From a virus (lineage: Duplodnaviria; Caudoviricetes): DNA of 64,000 bases. Of this stretch, positions 7,657 to 15,883 are shown piece by piece. The notes under the pieces are model-generated. The model was not told the DNA's origin. It saw nothing but the letters and a program-made list of their open reading frames with translations, and did no database searches. Positions within the stretch are counted from its first letter, which is position 1, and each line of letters starts with the position of its first letter. The stretch lies in the IMG/VR virus record IMGVR_UViG_3300048851_000175, positions 84 through 64,083 of that record; one strand, 5' to 3'. The position numbers were made by a program, and so were the translations under genes.

Positions 7657-8457
7657 TTGAATGACAATTTTGATAAGCGGATGTTTTGGCTAGGCGCCTT
7701 CGGAGTGCTAGCAATATGCGCCGTATTAGTTTCATACGTTGCTCAATTTTCCACTGGAATTTCCCCAAGCCAAGAGATTTGGGGGCAATTCGGCGATTTC
7801 TTTGGGGGGTTGCTGAATCCCCTAATTTCATTTGCTGCGTTGATAGGCTTGCTGGCCACTCTTCGCTCACAGAGAGTGGAGAGCGAGCGCTCAGATAATC
7901 GCCATATTGATACCGTCTTCGATTCCCGGCTATTTCAACTCCTTTCGCTGAGCCATACTGCGGCTGGGGCTGTTAGGGTTTATAGCCCCGGAGCTGGCGT
8001 TACGAAGTTATATGAAGGGCATCACGCGATCGGGTATTGCTGGGTGGCTCTTGACGAAAACTATTTTAGTGAAGTGGATCGAGGGGATTTCCAGAACATC
8101 TTTGAAGGTGCCCAAACGACGTTTAATCGCTGGAAACGCCTTTTCTGGCCCCCCATCGCTCATTACTTTGAATCAATAATGTTTTCGGTAGAATTCGCCC
8201 TTGCGAATGCGAAAGATGACGACCATAAATCTTTTTCGATCCGCGCAATCTGTGCGCAGATGACCTTAGAGGAACGATCCATTTTATTCTACGCACTATT
8301 ATTCAGGGCCTCTGGGTCAAGGGTATCGATGACCATGCTTGCAGAGCTACTTGATCACGGATTTATGAATTTTGATCTAGATGACTGCATGCTGCCGTAT
8401 CGCAAACAAATGATCGCCGATGCAATGGTTCATGGTCTGATCAATGATTCTCAGTAG
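7657..8457 (+). CDS. Putative phage abortive-infection protein (putAbiC-like), two N-terminal TM segments
   Basis: WGQFGDFFGGLLNPLISF...LLATLRSQ...FQLL...HYF...AQMTLEERSILFY pattern; AT-rich and opposite to the operon. Confidence 0.7.
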   Translation: MNDNFDKRMFWLGAFGVLAICAVLVSYVAQFSTGISPSQEIWGQFGDFFGGLLNPLISFAALIGLLATLRSQRVESERSDNRHIDTVFDSRLFQLLSLSHTAAGAVRVYSPGAGVTKLYEGHHAIGYCWVALDENYFSEVDRGDFQNIFEGAQTTFNRWKRLFWPPIAHYFESIMFSVEFALANAKDDDHKSFSIRAICAQMTLEERSILFYALLFRASGSRVSMTMLAELLDHGFMNFDLDDCMLPYRKQMIADAMVHGLINDSQ

Positions 8458-8470
8458 CCTAATGCCTGCC

Positions 8471-8809
8471 CTAAAGGTTGTGGGGACCGCGCTCCGCCAT
8501 TCCCGCATCTATTAACTGACGCGCTAGTTTCTCGGTGACGACAAAAGGTGACGTGTCAGGCTTCCGCAGTCGGCGGGCTTGCTCTTCGCGCGGCATCGAC
8601 AAGAAAGACAGCGCAAGATCCTGCCACAGCTCTTGCACTTGGCTGTAACCGTGTTCAGCCATCGCAATGTTCATGCCTGATCTTACGCTCGCTGGAGCCT
8701 CGATCTTCAGCGTTTCGATGCCCATCTTTGCTTTGATTTCTGTCTGCCGCTCCCGGTACGCCGCCGAGTGTTTCGCGGCTGGTGTCTGGTCCATAGCGTG
8801 GGTCTCCAA
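8471..8809 (-). CDS. Phage hypothetical protein
   Basis: Typical early-left ORF (YRERQ...MGIE...WQDLALSFL). Confidence 0.6.
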   Translation of the reverse strand: METHAMDQTPAAKHSAAYRERQTEIKAKMGIETLKIEAPASVRSGMNIAMAEHGYSQVQELWQDLALSFLSMPREEQARRLRKPDTSPFVVTEKLARQLIDAGMAERGPHNL

Positions 8810-8878
8810 TCTGGTGCGCTGGCATGTCGAGCCAGGTCTGCCGCCTGCGCTGGTTGGCGCACTTGAATAGTCGCCGCA

Positions 8879-9193
8879 TCATTTGGCTGCGGTGAAGTTG
8901 ATGCCATGCTCTCGCGCAGTGAGTGCGACGGTGCGGGTATCGATGCCGATCTTCATGCCGATCTGGCGCGCATTCAGTCCTGCCTTTGCCAGCGCTCGAA
9001 TCCGCGGTGCACGCTTGGCGCGCTTGGCCTTGAGCGTTTCCAGATGATTCGTGGTGCCCAGCAGCGGCGCGTTGGCGCTGACGCCTTGCTCGATGTGCGT
9101 GATCCTATTGCCGGTAGTAAGGAAGTGATCAATCTGGGCGCTGAGCTCGACGATCGCCTGCTTGTGTTCGTCCGGCACCGTCTCGCCGATCAT
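8879..9193 (-). CDS. Phage hypothetical protein with C-terminal HTH-like segment
   Basis: ATGA-coupled to the upstream gene; RQIGMKIGIDTRTVALTAREHGI. Confidence 0.65.
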   Translation of the reverse strand: MIGETVPDEHKQAIVELSAQIDHFLTTGNRITHIEQGVSANAPLLGTTNHLETLKAKRAKRAPRIRALAKAGLNARQIGMKIGIDTRTVALTAREHGINFTAAK

Positions 9194-9456
9194 TGCACCA
9201 ACCTCAGGACAGGCTTGGCCTCAAGTTGCTGCGCGAAGTTCACAGCCTCTTTCCAAGTTTTGAACGTTTCCTGCAGGTTGCCGCTCGCCAGCTCGACAAC
9301 GCTGTAAGAGTTGCGCGCTTTGCTCAGCACCTGGAAGCGCACCCTGCTGCCAGGCATTGCCCGGTCCGTGCGCTTGCTGAACTCGCCGCGTGCGGCGCTT
9401 GAACGCTGGAGCAAAACCCCCAGCTCGACGATACGGTCTTGAAATGCCTGATGCAT
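9190..9456 (-). CDS. Phage hypothetical protein
   Basis: Start MHQAFQDR with AAGAGGA SD; the longer 9603 start crosses a terminator. Confidence 0.65.
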   Translation of the reverse strand: MHQAFQDRIVELGVLLQRSSAARGEFSKRTDRAMPGSRVRFQVLSKARNSYSVVELASGNLQETFKTWKEAVNFAQQLEAKPVLRLVQ

Positions 9457-9558
9457 GGCGATTCCTCTTGTGGTTGTGCGTGTACTCGTCAGCACTCTGG
9501 CCACCTGACACAGGCCGATTGGGCGCAGGGGAGAGTGCTGACGGGTAAACGCTGGGTG

Positions 9559-9587
9559 AAAAAAAGCCCCATCGACGCGGGGCTTTT
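9559..9587 (-). terminator. tL-type intrinsic terminator in the early-left operon
   Basis: On the minus strand AAAAGCCCCGCGTCGATGGGGCTTTTTTT. Confidence 0.7.
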
Positions 9588-10003
9588 CATATCGCTGGTT
9601 CACGAGGCCTCCCTACGTGAGCCGTGCTTGCCGGCGCCGCCTGTTGCGGTAGGCCAGGTCAATGTCATTTACATGGCTGCCAATCCTCCGTGTTGTGCGC
9701 GCCGGATGATGGCGGGCGCTCGCCGTGCTTGGGGTGCGATGCAGATTGCCGGTTAACCCGAGCCGCTACGTCTATTTGTTGATTGCCTCAGCTCCCGCTG
9801 GTCCGAGGCCACATCCGCTTTCATCCGCATCGGGCTACGATCTTCGAGGGCTAGCCCTCAACCTGCCGGATTCGATGCCCCGTGCTGGGCTGGCAGGTAA
9901 CCGGTATGCACGTTCCGGCAAGATCGCACCCCGATGCGGCCTGGTGCTTGGGAGTACCAGGGCATCGGGCAGTTAACGTCAGGCTGACGCTGGCGCTGGT
10001 TGT

Positions 10004-10192
10004 CTATCTGCCGACGGCTTCCAATTCGGCGTGGCTTTCTTGCATGCGCTTTATGAGGTCCAGCCGTTCTTGCCCGTTTAAGTGCCGCGTTGCGAGGTAC
10101 AACCCCTCGGCCAAATCGCCGGCAAACTTCATTGAGCCCGCGCTATGTTCAAGCTCGAGCGTAATGCGTTTGGCTGCATCCAAGGTCGACAT
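10004..10192 (-). CDS. Phage hypothetical protein
   Basis: 62-aa helical ORF, 6 nt downstream of 10199-10654. Confidence 0.55.
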   Translation of the reverse strand: MSTLDAAKRITLELEHSAGSMKFAGDLAEGLYLATRHLNGQERLDLIKRMQESHAELEAVGR

Positions 10193-10198
10193 GCTTTG

Positions 10199-10654
10199 TC
10201 AGTCGTAGCTGCTGCTGGAAGAGCTACTGTCGCTCGAGTAGCTGCACGAGCTATCGCTTGATGAGCTGCTCGAACCGTAATCGCTGCTGGTGTGGCTAGT
10301 TGTTGAGCAATGATCCGATGAGTTTTGAGGCGAGTTGTCGAACGTCGTAGTGAGGGGGCTGAATGGGCTCAGCGGGTTCAGCGGATTTGTCAGATCTAAG
10401 CTGTCGTCAGTGCTGGATCTTGCCGCGGTGCGAGATCTTGTAGTGGCTGAGCCCGGGGCCGACTTCAATGCCGCTTCACCATCATGCGTGAGACGGATAA
10501 TCCCATTGCTGTCGATGTAGGCGAGGCCCTGCGTGCTCAGCTCACCCCAGATCGCAGGCCCAACCGGCTCGTGATCTTCATGGAAGTTAGCCAGTGTCGC
10601 GTTGCCGGCGGTGTTTTGAATGTATTGCAGAGCCTTGAGGTGGAAACTATTCAT
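10199..10654 (-). CDS. Phage protein with Ser-rich low-complexity C-terminus
   Basis: GGAG SD; globular N-terminus followed by an SSSSSSDSS...YD tail. Confidence 0.65.
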   Translation of the reverse strand: MNSFHLKALQYIQNTAGNATLANFHEDHEPVGPAIWGELSTQGLAYIDSNGIIRLTHDGEAALKSAPGSATTRSRTAARSSTDDSLDLTNPLNPLSPFSPLTTTFDNSPQNSSDHCSTTSHTSSDYGSSSSSSDSSCSYSSDSSSSSSSYD

Positions 10655-11169
10655 GGGGGGCTGCTCCGGTTGATTTCCCGTCTGGCCCTGTTTCCAAGGC
10701 CAATCGGTGAAATCCCGGCCTCGCTACTGGCGACAGGCCGGGATACAGCGTCAGCGGTGTGGTTGCATCTGGTTCCTAATCCCCGCTCACTGATTGCAGG
10801 TTTCGGTATCGTGGGTTGGCGGCGGGCTTCCCTGGTCACGTCAGCTCGATCAGCGTTGCTGGCGTGGTCATCGGGTACTTACAACATGCGACGTGCAGCC
10901 CTGTGCCCGGTTGGTTGTAGGCACATCGCATGAGGTCCGGCGCTCCTCATAGCCGAAGCTCGGAGCGCTAATTCAATTCGGTATCTCTCCCTTCTGCCGC
11001 TGGGATTCGCGGTTTGCGTTGCTTGCCCGGGTCATTCACGCGGTTCTGACGCTTCGTCATCGATCAGCCGTCCAGGGTTCTCCCTGTCGTTGGCAGGCTT
11101 TCCTCGTTCACCTGTCTGATCGCCGGTCGCCGGTAGAGGCAATGCGGTCTGTTGATTTGTTGCGGCTGG

Positions 11170-11182
11170 TTGTTAAAGAGCG
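11170..11182 (-). promoter_or_regulatory. boxA antitermination element on the leftward early (pL) transcript
   Basis: Minus strand CGCTCTTTAACAA, the lambdoid/rrn boxA consensus, about 50 nt downstream of OL. Confidence 0.75.
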
Positions 11183-11233
11183 GTTCGACTCGTGAGGGCC
11201 TGTTGGGGCTGCTTCGTCTCGATGGACAGACAA

Positions 11234-11272
11234 TAAGCCAATGCCTAATGACTGTAAATAGGTAATGCCTAA
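11234..11272. promoter_or_regulatory. OL operators (two sites)
   Basis: TAAGCCAATGCCTAA (11234-11248) and ATAGGTAATGCCTAA (11258-11272), the same pseudo-palindrome as at OR. Confidence 0.75.
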
Positions 11273-11356
11273 TAATTTTTTCATGCAGTCCTCTGCTTGT
11301 GAAATCGCGCCGGTTGGGTGTTACTTTTTTGGATCCCCTGCGATAAGCTCTGCCTA

Positions 11357-11372
11357 CTGTATGTATATACAG
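11357..11372. promoter_or_regulatory. LexA (SOS) box upstream of the DUF1654-like gene
   Basis: CTGT-ATGTATAT-ACAG, 19 nt before the ATG. Confidence 0.85.
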
Positions 11373-11391
11373 CTTTCACTGAGGAGGATTT

Positions 11392-11709
11392 ATGGCGCAT
11401 CAGAACGACAGGAAAGAAGCGGTACCGAAGTCCATGAGTGGGATGGAGCGGCTATCGCTCCGCGTGTCGTCGATGATCAACCACCCGATCGCCCAGGAGC
11501 GGAGGGAGGTAAGGATTCATCGGCTGGATACGGACGGAGAGAGGGAGTGGAGCGAGATCGTGAGCGCGCTTTCAGAGGCGGATGGTATTGAGCTTGCGCA
11601 CAATCACGAAGATGCGTCGATTACGTTGAGGTGGGAGCCGTCAGTGGATGAGGAAAGGCCCGCCCACGCCGCCGATCCCTTCGAGCCCGAAGAGCCGGCA
11701 CCTTTCTGA
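11392..11709 (+). CDS. DUF1654-like small Pseudomonas phage protein
   Basis: ERL..RVS.MIN.P.AQ...V.I.R...D....W...ITLRWE pattern; GAGGAGG SD. Confidence 0.7.
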   Translation: MAHQNDRKEAVPKSMSGMERLSLRVSSMINHPIAQERREVRIHRLDTDGEREWSEIVSALSEADGIELAHNHEDASITLRWEPSVDEERPAHAADPFEPEEPAPF

Positions 11710-11750
11710 CGAGCACAAAAAAGCCCGCTCAAACTGGCGGGCTTCTTGGC

Positions 11751-12230
11751 TCAATTTTTTTGCTGGGCAGAGGGAGGGCTTTGTGGTGACGACGGCTGAT
11801 CCTTACCGGCTTGCATTGCTGCCATGGTGGTCTGCATTGCGCCAAGCACGTTTGCTTGGTTGGCGAAGTATCCACCTACGAGAATCGCGACCACAGCCAG
11901 TAGTTGAACGATCACCGCAGCCCAGTAGTTAGATTTCACCGTAGCGGCCTGCTTAGCAGCTTCCTCGGCACCTTCCGCTGCTTTGGTAACCCGCTCCGCT
12001 AGCAGATCGTAGCGCTTGTCGCGTTCTGACTGCGCTGCGAGAAAGCCATCTATTTTTGACGACACAGACTCAACGCGAGCGTCCATTTTTACCTCAATGG
12101 TCTCGATCTTGGCGTTGAATTCTTCGCGGGTTATGTCATTCATCTTTTTAGTATGGACATCGCCAGCAGATCTGTCACTAACCGAGCCTTCGTGAAGTCC
12201 TTTGAACCATGCAGGGTGATCACTCGGCAT
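11751..12230 (-). CDS. Coiled-coil plus single-TM protein downstream of cI
   Basis: ITREEFNAKIETIEVKMDARV coiled coil, then TM YWAAVIVQLLAVVAILVGGYF; start overlaps the upstream stop (alternative start 12143). Confidence 0.65.
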   Translation of the reverse strand: MPSDHPAWFKGLHEGSVSDRSAGDVHTKKMNDITREEFNAKIETIEVKMDARVESVSSKIDGFLAAQSERDKRYDLLAERVTKAAEGAEEAAKQAATVKSNYWAAVIVQLLAVVAILVGGYFANQANVLGAMQTTMAAMQAGKDQPSSPQSPPSAQQKN

Positions 12231-12513
12231 TTTTGAACTCCCACGCCACGAAGTGGGTAATCCTAGCCCAGGCAAACGACCGCAAATTTCCACAGTTTGC
12301 GCAGGTTATGACAAGCACTGGGTTCAGCACGCCGCGAGTCATTGGTTCCTCCCATCCCGAGACCTTCAAGTCTGGAATTGTGAACCAGTCGTCTACACCG
12401 CAAGCCTCACAAGGTCGATTGTTGATGTGTGTCAGAAAGGCGTGTACGGCCTCATCCGTCAAAGACTCGATTTCTTTAGCCAGACTTTCCGGCGATTGGA
12501 ATGACTCGTCCAA
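12220..12513 (-). CDS. Zn-ribbon protein downstream of cI
   Basis: CEAC...CANC pair; 29 nt after the cI stop. Confidence 0.65.
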   Translation of the reverse strand: MDESFQSPESLAKEIESLTDEAVHAFLTHINNRPCEACGVDDWFTIPDLKVSGWEEPMTRGVLNPVLVITCANCGNLRSFAWARITHFVAWEFKNAE

Positions 12514-12542
12514 ACCCTAATACCTTTTGTTGGGTAACGAAA

Positions 12543-13409
12543 CTACACCAAATTGCCGTTCCAAACGAACAGCACTCGCGCTTGAATGTATGTCTCGTCG
12601 ATGAAGATGTCCTCGGCCTTATGCTTACGGTTGTCCGAGATCATCTTGAATTTGTCCTTGCCCTTCATCTGCAGGCGCTTGATGTACTGGAAGCCGCCGT
12701 ACGAGAAGTAGTAGATCCCGTCGCCGATGAATTCCTTGATGCTGATGTCGACCAGGCACGGATCGCCGTGCTTGATCGTGGGCGTCATCGACTGACCCCA
12801 GCCGGTGATGACCTTCAGGTTGTAGTGTTCCTTGAACTCGACACCCATCGAGCGCAGATGGGAGGGGCTGATGCGAATGTCCTGAAGCAATTCAGGGAAG
12901 TCATGAGCCACTTCACCATCGCCCAGCGCGCCGCGCACGTCGTAGTGGGCAATCCAGACCTCATCTCCGACTTTGCCTGGCCTATAAGCGTCGTTCACCA
13001 GGACGCTGACAGTCCCCTCTGGCTCACTGCCCTCGGCAATCGCCAAAATCCTCTGCAGACGATCCTCTCCCAGAGTTTTGCCCGCCAGCATTTCGCGAAC
13101 CTTGTCCGATGCAGATGCCGATTCGGCAGAACCATTCGCGTGCACCGTCAACCCAGAGTTCTCTGAAGGCTCGTCAGTTACGTTCGAGTAAGAAAAGCCC
13201 GGGCGCAAACCCCAGTGCTCTGGCCCAACCACATCCGAAAAATAGGCGATAACGTCCATCAGCTTCGACTTGTCGATCCTGCCGTTATTTACCCAGCCCT
13301 GTATCGACGGAGGCTTCACTGAGAAGTCGTCTGCGAGTTTCTTCTTTGATACGCCCTTGGCGATCCGCGCGGCCTCGATGGCGGCGCCTAAATCCGGTCC
13401 GGTAAGCAT
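12543..13409 (-). CDS. cI: CI-like repressor (HTH + S24 autopeptidase)
   Basis: N-terminal XRE HTH (KKKLADDFSVKPPSIQGW); catalytic GQSM (Ser) and IKRLQ (Lys); divergent from cro. Confidence 0.92.
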   Translation of the reverse strand: MLTGPDLGAAIEAARIAKGVSKKKLADDFSVKPPSIQGWVNNGRIDKSKLMDVIAYFSDVVGPEHWGLRPGFSYSNVTDEPSENSGLTVHANGSAESASASDKVREMLAGKTLGEDRLQRILAIAEGSEPEGTVSVLVNDAYRPGKVGDEVWIAHYDVRGALGDGEVAHDFPELLQDIRISPSHLRSMGVEFKEHYNLKVITGWGQSMTPTIKHGDPCLVDISIKEFIGDGIYYFSYGGFQYIKRLQMKGKDKFKMISDNRKHKAEDIFIDETYIQARVLFVWNGNLV

Positions 13410-13475
13410 TGCCTAATGTAGCCTTTCGATTGGTTGGTTAGGCAATGGCTTGTGTTGCGATAAGGTAATGCCTTA
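13403..13475. promoter_or_regulatory. OR operators between cI and cro
   Basis: TAAGCATTGCCTAA (13403, overlapping the cI start), TTAGGCAATGGCTT (13438) and TAAGGTAATGCCTTA (13461). Confidence 0.75.
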
Positions 13476-13507
13476 TATTCGCAGCGCAATCTCCAGGAGA
13501 GAACTCA

Positions 13508-13756
13508 ATGAACTCAGCAGAAGCAGCCAAAAAAGCATCCCGCTTGCTCGGCAGCCAAGCGGAAATGGCGCGCCAACTGCGGGTCACTGCGCCCACCGTC
13601 AACCAGTGGTGTTCCGGAGAGCGCGCCGTTCCTGCCAAGCGCGCCATCGAAATCGAGGCGCTCACCAGAGGCGCAGTAGATCGCGCCGAGCTTTGCCCAT
13701 CTTTTCCATGGGCGCAGATCCAGCCTTCATCAAGCCAAGCACTTTCTGTCGCCTAA
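13508..13756 (+). CDS. cro: Cro-like (YdaS family) regulator
   Basis: LGSQAEMARQLRVTAPTVNQW...VPAKRAIEIE...V.RAELCP. Confidence 0.88.
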   Translation: MNSAEAAKKASRLLGSQAEMARQLRVTAPTVNQWCSGERAVPAKRAIEIEALTRGAVDRAELCPSFPWAQIQPSSSQALSVA

Positions 13757-13848
13757 CCACGCCACCAGGGTGGTGGTTGTTGATTGGTGGAAACATCTTG
13801 CAACGAGTGATGGCACCCAGCCACTGAAACAAATTTGAGGTTTTACGA

Positions 13849-14271
13849 ATGGAAGATTTCTTGCGGGCTTGCCACACGACGGTGAAAGAGAGCGGAGCCG
13901 AGGAGCTCGCCGGGAAGATGTGTCTTGCCCATGTGAGCCTGCTGCAGCGCTCAAACCCGGACAACGCAGCACACCACCTCACCATCGAGCACCTCTTCGG
14001 GATTCTGCTGCACACCCAGGACATGCGTCCTCTTCTGGCGCTGGCGGCCGGGTTCAACTTCGACTTGGTGGCGAAGGACCAGCCGATTCCGATCGATGTT
14101 CATCAAGCGCTGAGTCACGTTGCCCTAGAGATCTCCGAAGTCACTGTCGAGACGCATCGGGCCATGGCTGATGGTCGAGTGGACCAGGTTGAGCGCGCGC
14201 GAATCATGCGCGAGATCGTTGAGGCACAGAAAGCCCTCGACGTTCTGAAGGCGTCACTAAAGGCAGCCTAA
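13849..14271 (+). CDS. cII: Phage regulatory protein CII family
   Basis: Position after cro; LLQRSNPDNAAHHLTIE and MADGRVDQVER motifs. Confidence 0.75.
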   Translation: MEDFLRACHTTVKESGAEELAGKMCLAHVSLLQRSNPDNAAHHLTIEHLFGILLHTQDMRPLLALAAGFNFDLVAKDQPIPIDVHQALSHVALEISEVTVETHRAMADGRVDQVERARIMREIVEAQKALDVLKASLKAA

Positions 14272-14336
14272 ATCGCAGGCATAAAAAAGCCGGGATTGCG
14301 GCCCGGCTTCTTCAACAACACTTGTGAGGTCCGATT

Positions 14337-15095
14337 ATGCACACCACGAATACCCAAAGCAATAGGGCCACTGATTCGTCAGTTTTACCAATGCGGCAGA
14401 GCATGACGCGTCAGTCCATGTCGTCGCGTGAGATATCTGACCTGCTCAATTCGCGTCACGACAAGGTCAAGCAATCCATCGAACGCCTTGTTCAGCGCGG
14501 CACCATCGTCCAACCCCCAGTGGGGGACGAACAGACCAAAGACTCGCTGGGCCGTCCGCGTACCGAATCCGTTTACCACCTGTGCAAGCGGGACAGCTTC
14601 GTAGTCGTGGCCCAGCTCAGCCCAGAGTTCACCGCTCGGCTCGTTGACCGCTGGCAGGAGCTGGAAGATCAGGCCGAAGGCCGTCTCTACATCCCGGCCA
14701 ACTATGCCGAGGCGCTTCAGGTGGCAGCTGATCAGGCTAAGGAAAGCCAGCGCCTCCAGATGCTGGTTGCCCATCAGGCCCCCAAGGTCGCCGCAATCAA
14801 TCGCCTTGCGGCCGCCGGCGGCTCGATCTGCATCAGCGATGCTGCGAAGCATCTGCAGGTTTCCCCGAACCAGCTTTTCGCCTGGCTTGAAGCCCATCGC
14901 TGGATCTTCCATCGCGGTGGCTCCAAGCGCTGGACCGCCTATCAGCCCCGGATTACCAAAGGCTTGATGGTCCACAAGGTGACAGAACTCAAGCCCGACG
15001 CTGAGACCGGTGCCGATCGCGCTGCATACCAACCTCTCATAACACCGAAAGGCCTGACCTATCTGGCCGAAAAAAACATCGGAGCGACGCAGTGA
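14337..15095 (+). CDS. Rha-family / KilAC (ANT) antirepressor-like protein
   Basis: N-terminal MSSREISDLL.SRHDKVKQSIERL and QLSPEFTARLVDRWQELE; C-terminal APKV...CISDAAKHL...LFAWL...ITPKGL. Confidence 0.85.
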   Translation: MHTTNTQSNRATDSSVLPMRQSMTRQSMSSREISDLLNSRHDKVKQSIERLVQRGTIVQPPVGDEQTKDSLGRPRTESVYHLCKRDSFVVVAQLSPEFTARLVDRWQELEDQAEGRLYIPANYAEALQVAADQAKESQRLQMLVAHQAPKVAAINRLAAAGGSICISDAAKHLQVSPNQLFAWLEAHRWIFHRGGSKRWTAYQPRITKGLMVHKVTELKPDAETGADRAAYQPLITPKGLTYLAEKNIGATQ

Positions 15096-15883
15096 GTGTT
15101 CAAGCAATGTCATGGGCTCTCGCTCTGCCGAAGGCTTCCCTCGAAAACCCTGCTGCCCGTCACGTGCTGCTGTGCTTGGCGAACTATGCCGGTAGCGACG
15201 GCCGTGGGGCCTTTCCGTCTGCGCTGACCTTGTCAGACGACACCGGTCTTTCCGAGCGCACCGTCCGCTTGAAACTGGATGAACTGGAGAAGGCGGGCTT
15301 CATCACCGAGGGCAATCAGGCCATTGCTGCCGCGTACATCGAGCGCCGCGACCGCCGCCCAGTCGTGTACGACCTCCAGCTTGAACGGGGTGCAAATGCT
15401 GCACCCCGTAAAGAACGGGGTGCAGATAACCGCACGGGGTGCAGCTCACAGCAGAACGGGGTGCAGGAAAACGCAGAACGGGGTGCAGCAGCTGCACCCA
15501 ATACACCACTTAACCATCAAGGAACCGAAGAGCAGCTGCAGCAGCGCGATTTGGCCGCTGAGCTTGCCGAGCAAGACCGAGCCGTCGCCCTTTGCCCAGC
15601 GCCAAACCAGCGCTTCGCCATGTTCGCTGCTTGGGAGCCAAACGCCAAAGCCTTGGCCGACCAGATCGCAATCGCCGGCATCCCCGCCGATTCAGTGCCA
15701 GATGCGGCAGTTCGATCGTTCAAGGGCTTCTATGCTGCCCGGACAGGCACCGTCGATTCGGCGCATGGCTGGTGTTATCGCCTAGTGCAGTGGGTCAAGC
15801 GTGAGCGAGTCAAGGCGGCAGGCCAAGGCCAGGCGCCAGATTTCGACGACACCAGCTGGGCTGAAAATCTGGGAGGTCTGTGA
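15092..15883 (+). CDS. Replication initiator (O-like; HTH plus DnaT-like C-terminus)
   Basis: MSVQAMSWAL, VLLCLANYA, AFPS..TLS.DTGLSERTVR; internal iterons. Confidence 0.85.
   Translation: MSVQAMSWALALPKASLENPAARHVLLCLANYAGSDGRGAFPSALTLSDDTGLSERTVRLKLDELEKAGFITEGNQAIAAAYIERRDRRPVVYDLQLERGANAAPRKERGADNRTGCSSQQNGVQENAERGAAAAPNTPLNHQGTEEQLQQRDLAAELAEQDRAVALCPAPNQRFAMFAAWEPNAKALADQIAIAGIPADSVPDAAVRSFKGFYAARTGTVDSAHGWCYRLVQWVKRERVKAAGQGQAPDFDDTSWAENLGGL
15383..15499 (+). repeat. Replication-origin iterons inside the O-like gene
   Basis: GAACGGGGTGCA at 15383, 15413, 15454 and 15476, a near copy at 15432, and inverted TGCACCC at 15400 and 15493. Confidence 0.85.

Noticed and set aside
8655-8882. 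75-aa ORF MMRRLFKC...
   Set aside because: Mostly overlaps 8471-8809 in another frame. A short real peptide at its 5' end is possible but unsupported.
9457-9603. N-terminal extension of 9190-9456 as part of the main protein
   Set aside because: It crosses an intrinsic terminator and the internal ATG has the stronger SD; retained only in the regulatory-chain hypothesis.
10651-10839. N antiterminator (MTREARRQ... start)
   Set aside because: GTG start without SD, only a marginal Arg-rich motif, and the remainder does not look protein-like.
15383-15499. CRISPR-like array
   Set aside because: The repeats are 12 bp with ~7-18-bp gaps inside a coding gene and no cas genes are present; they fit iterons.
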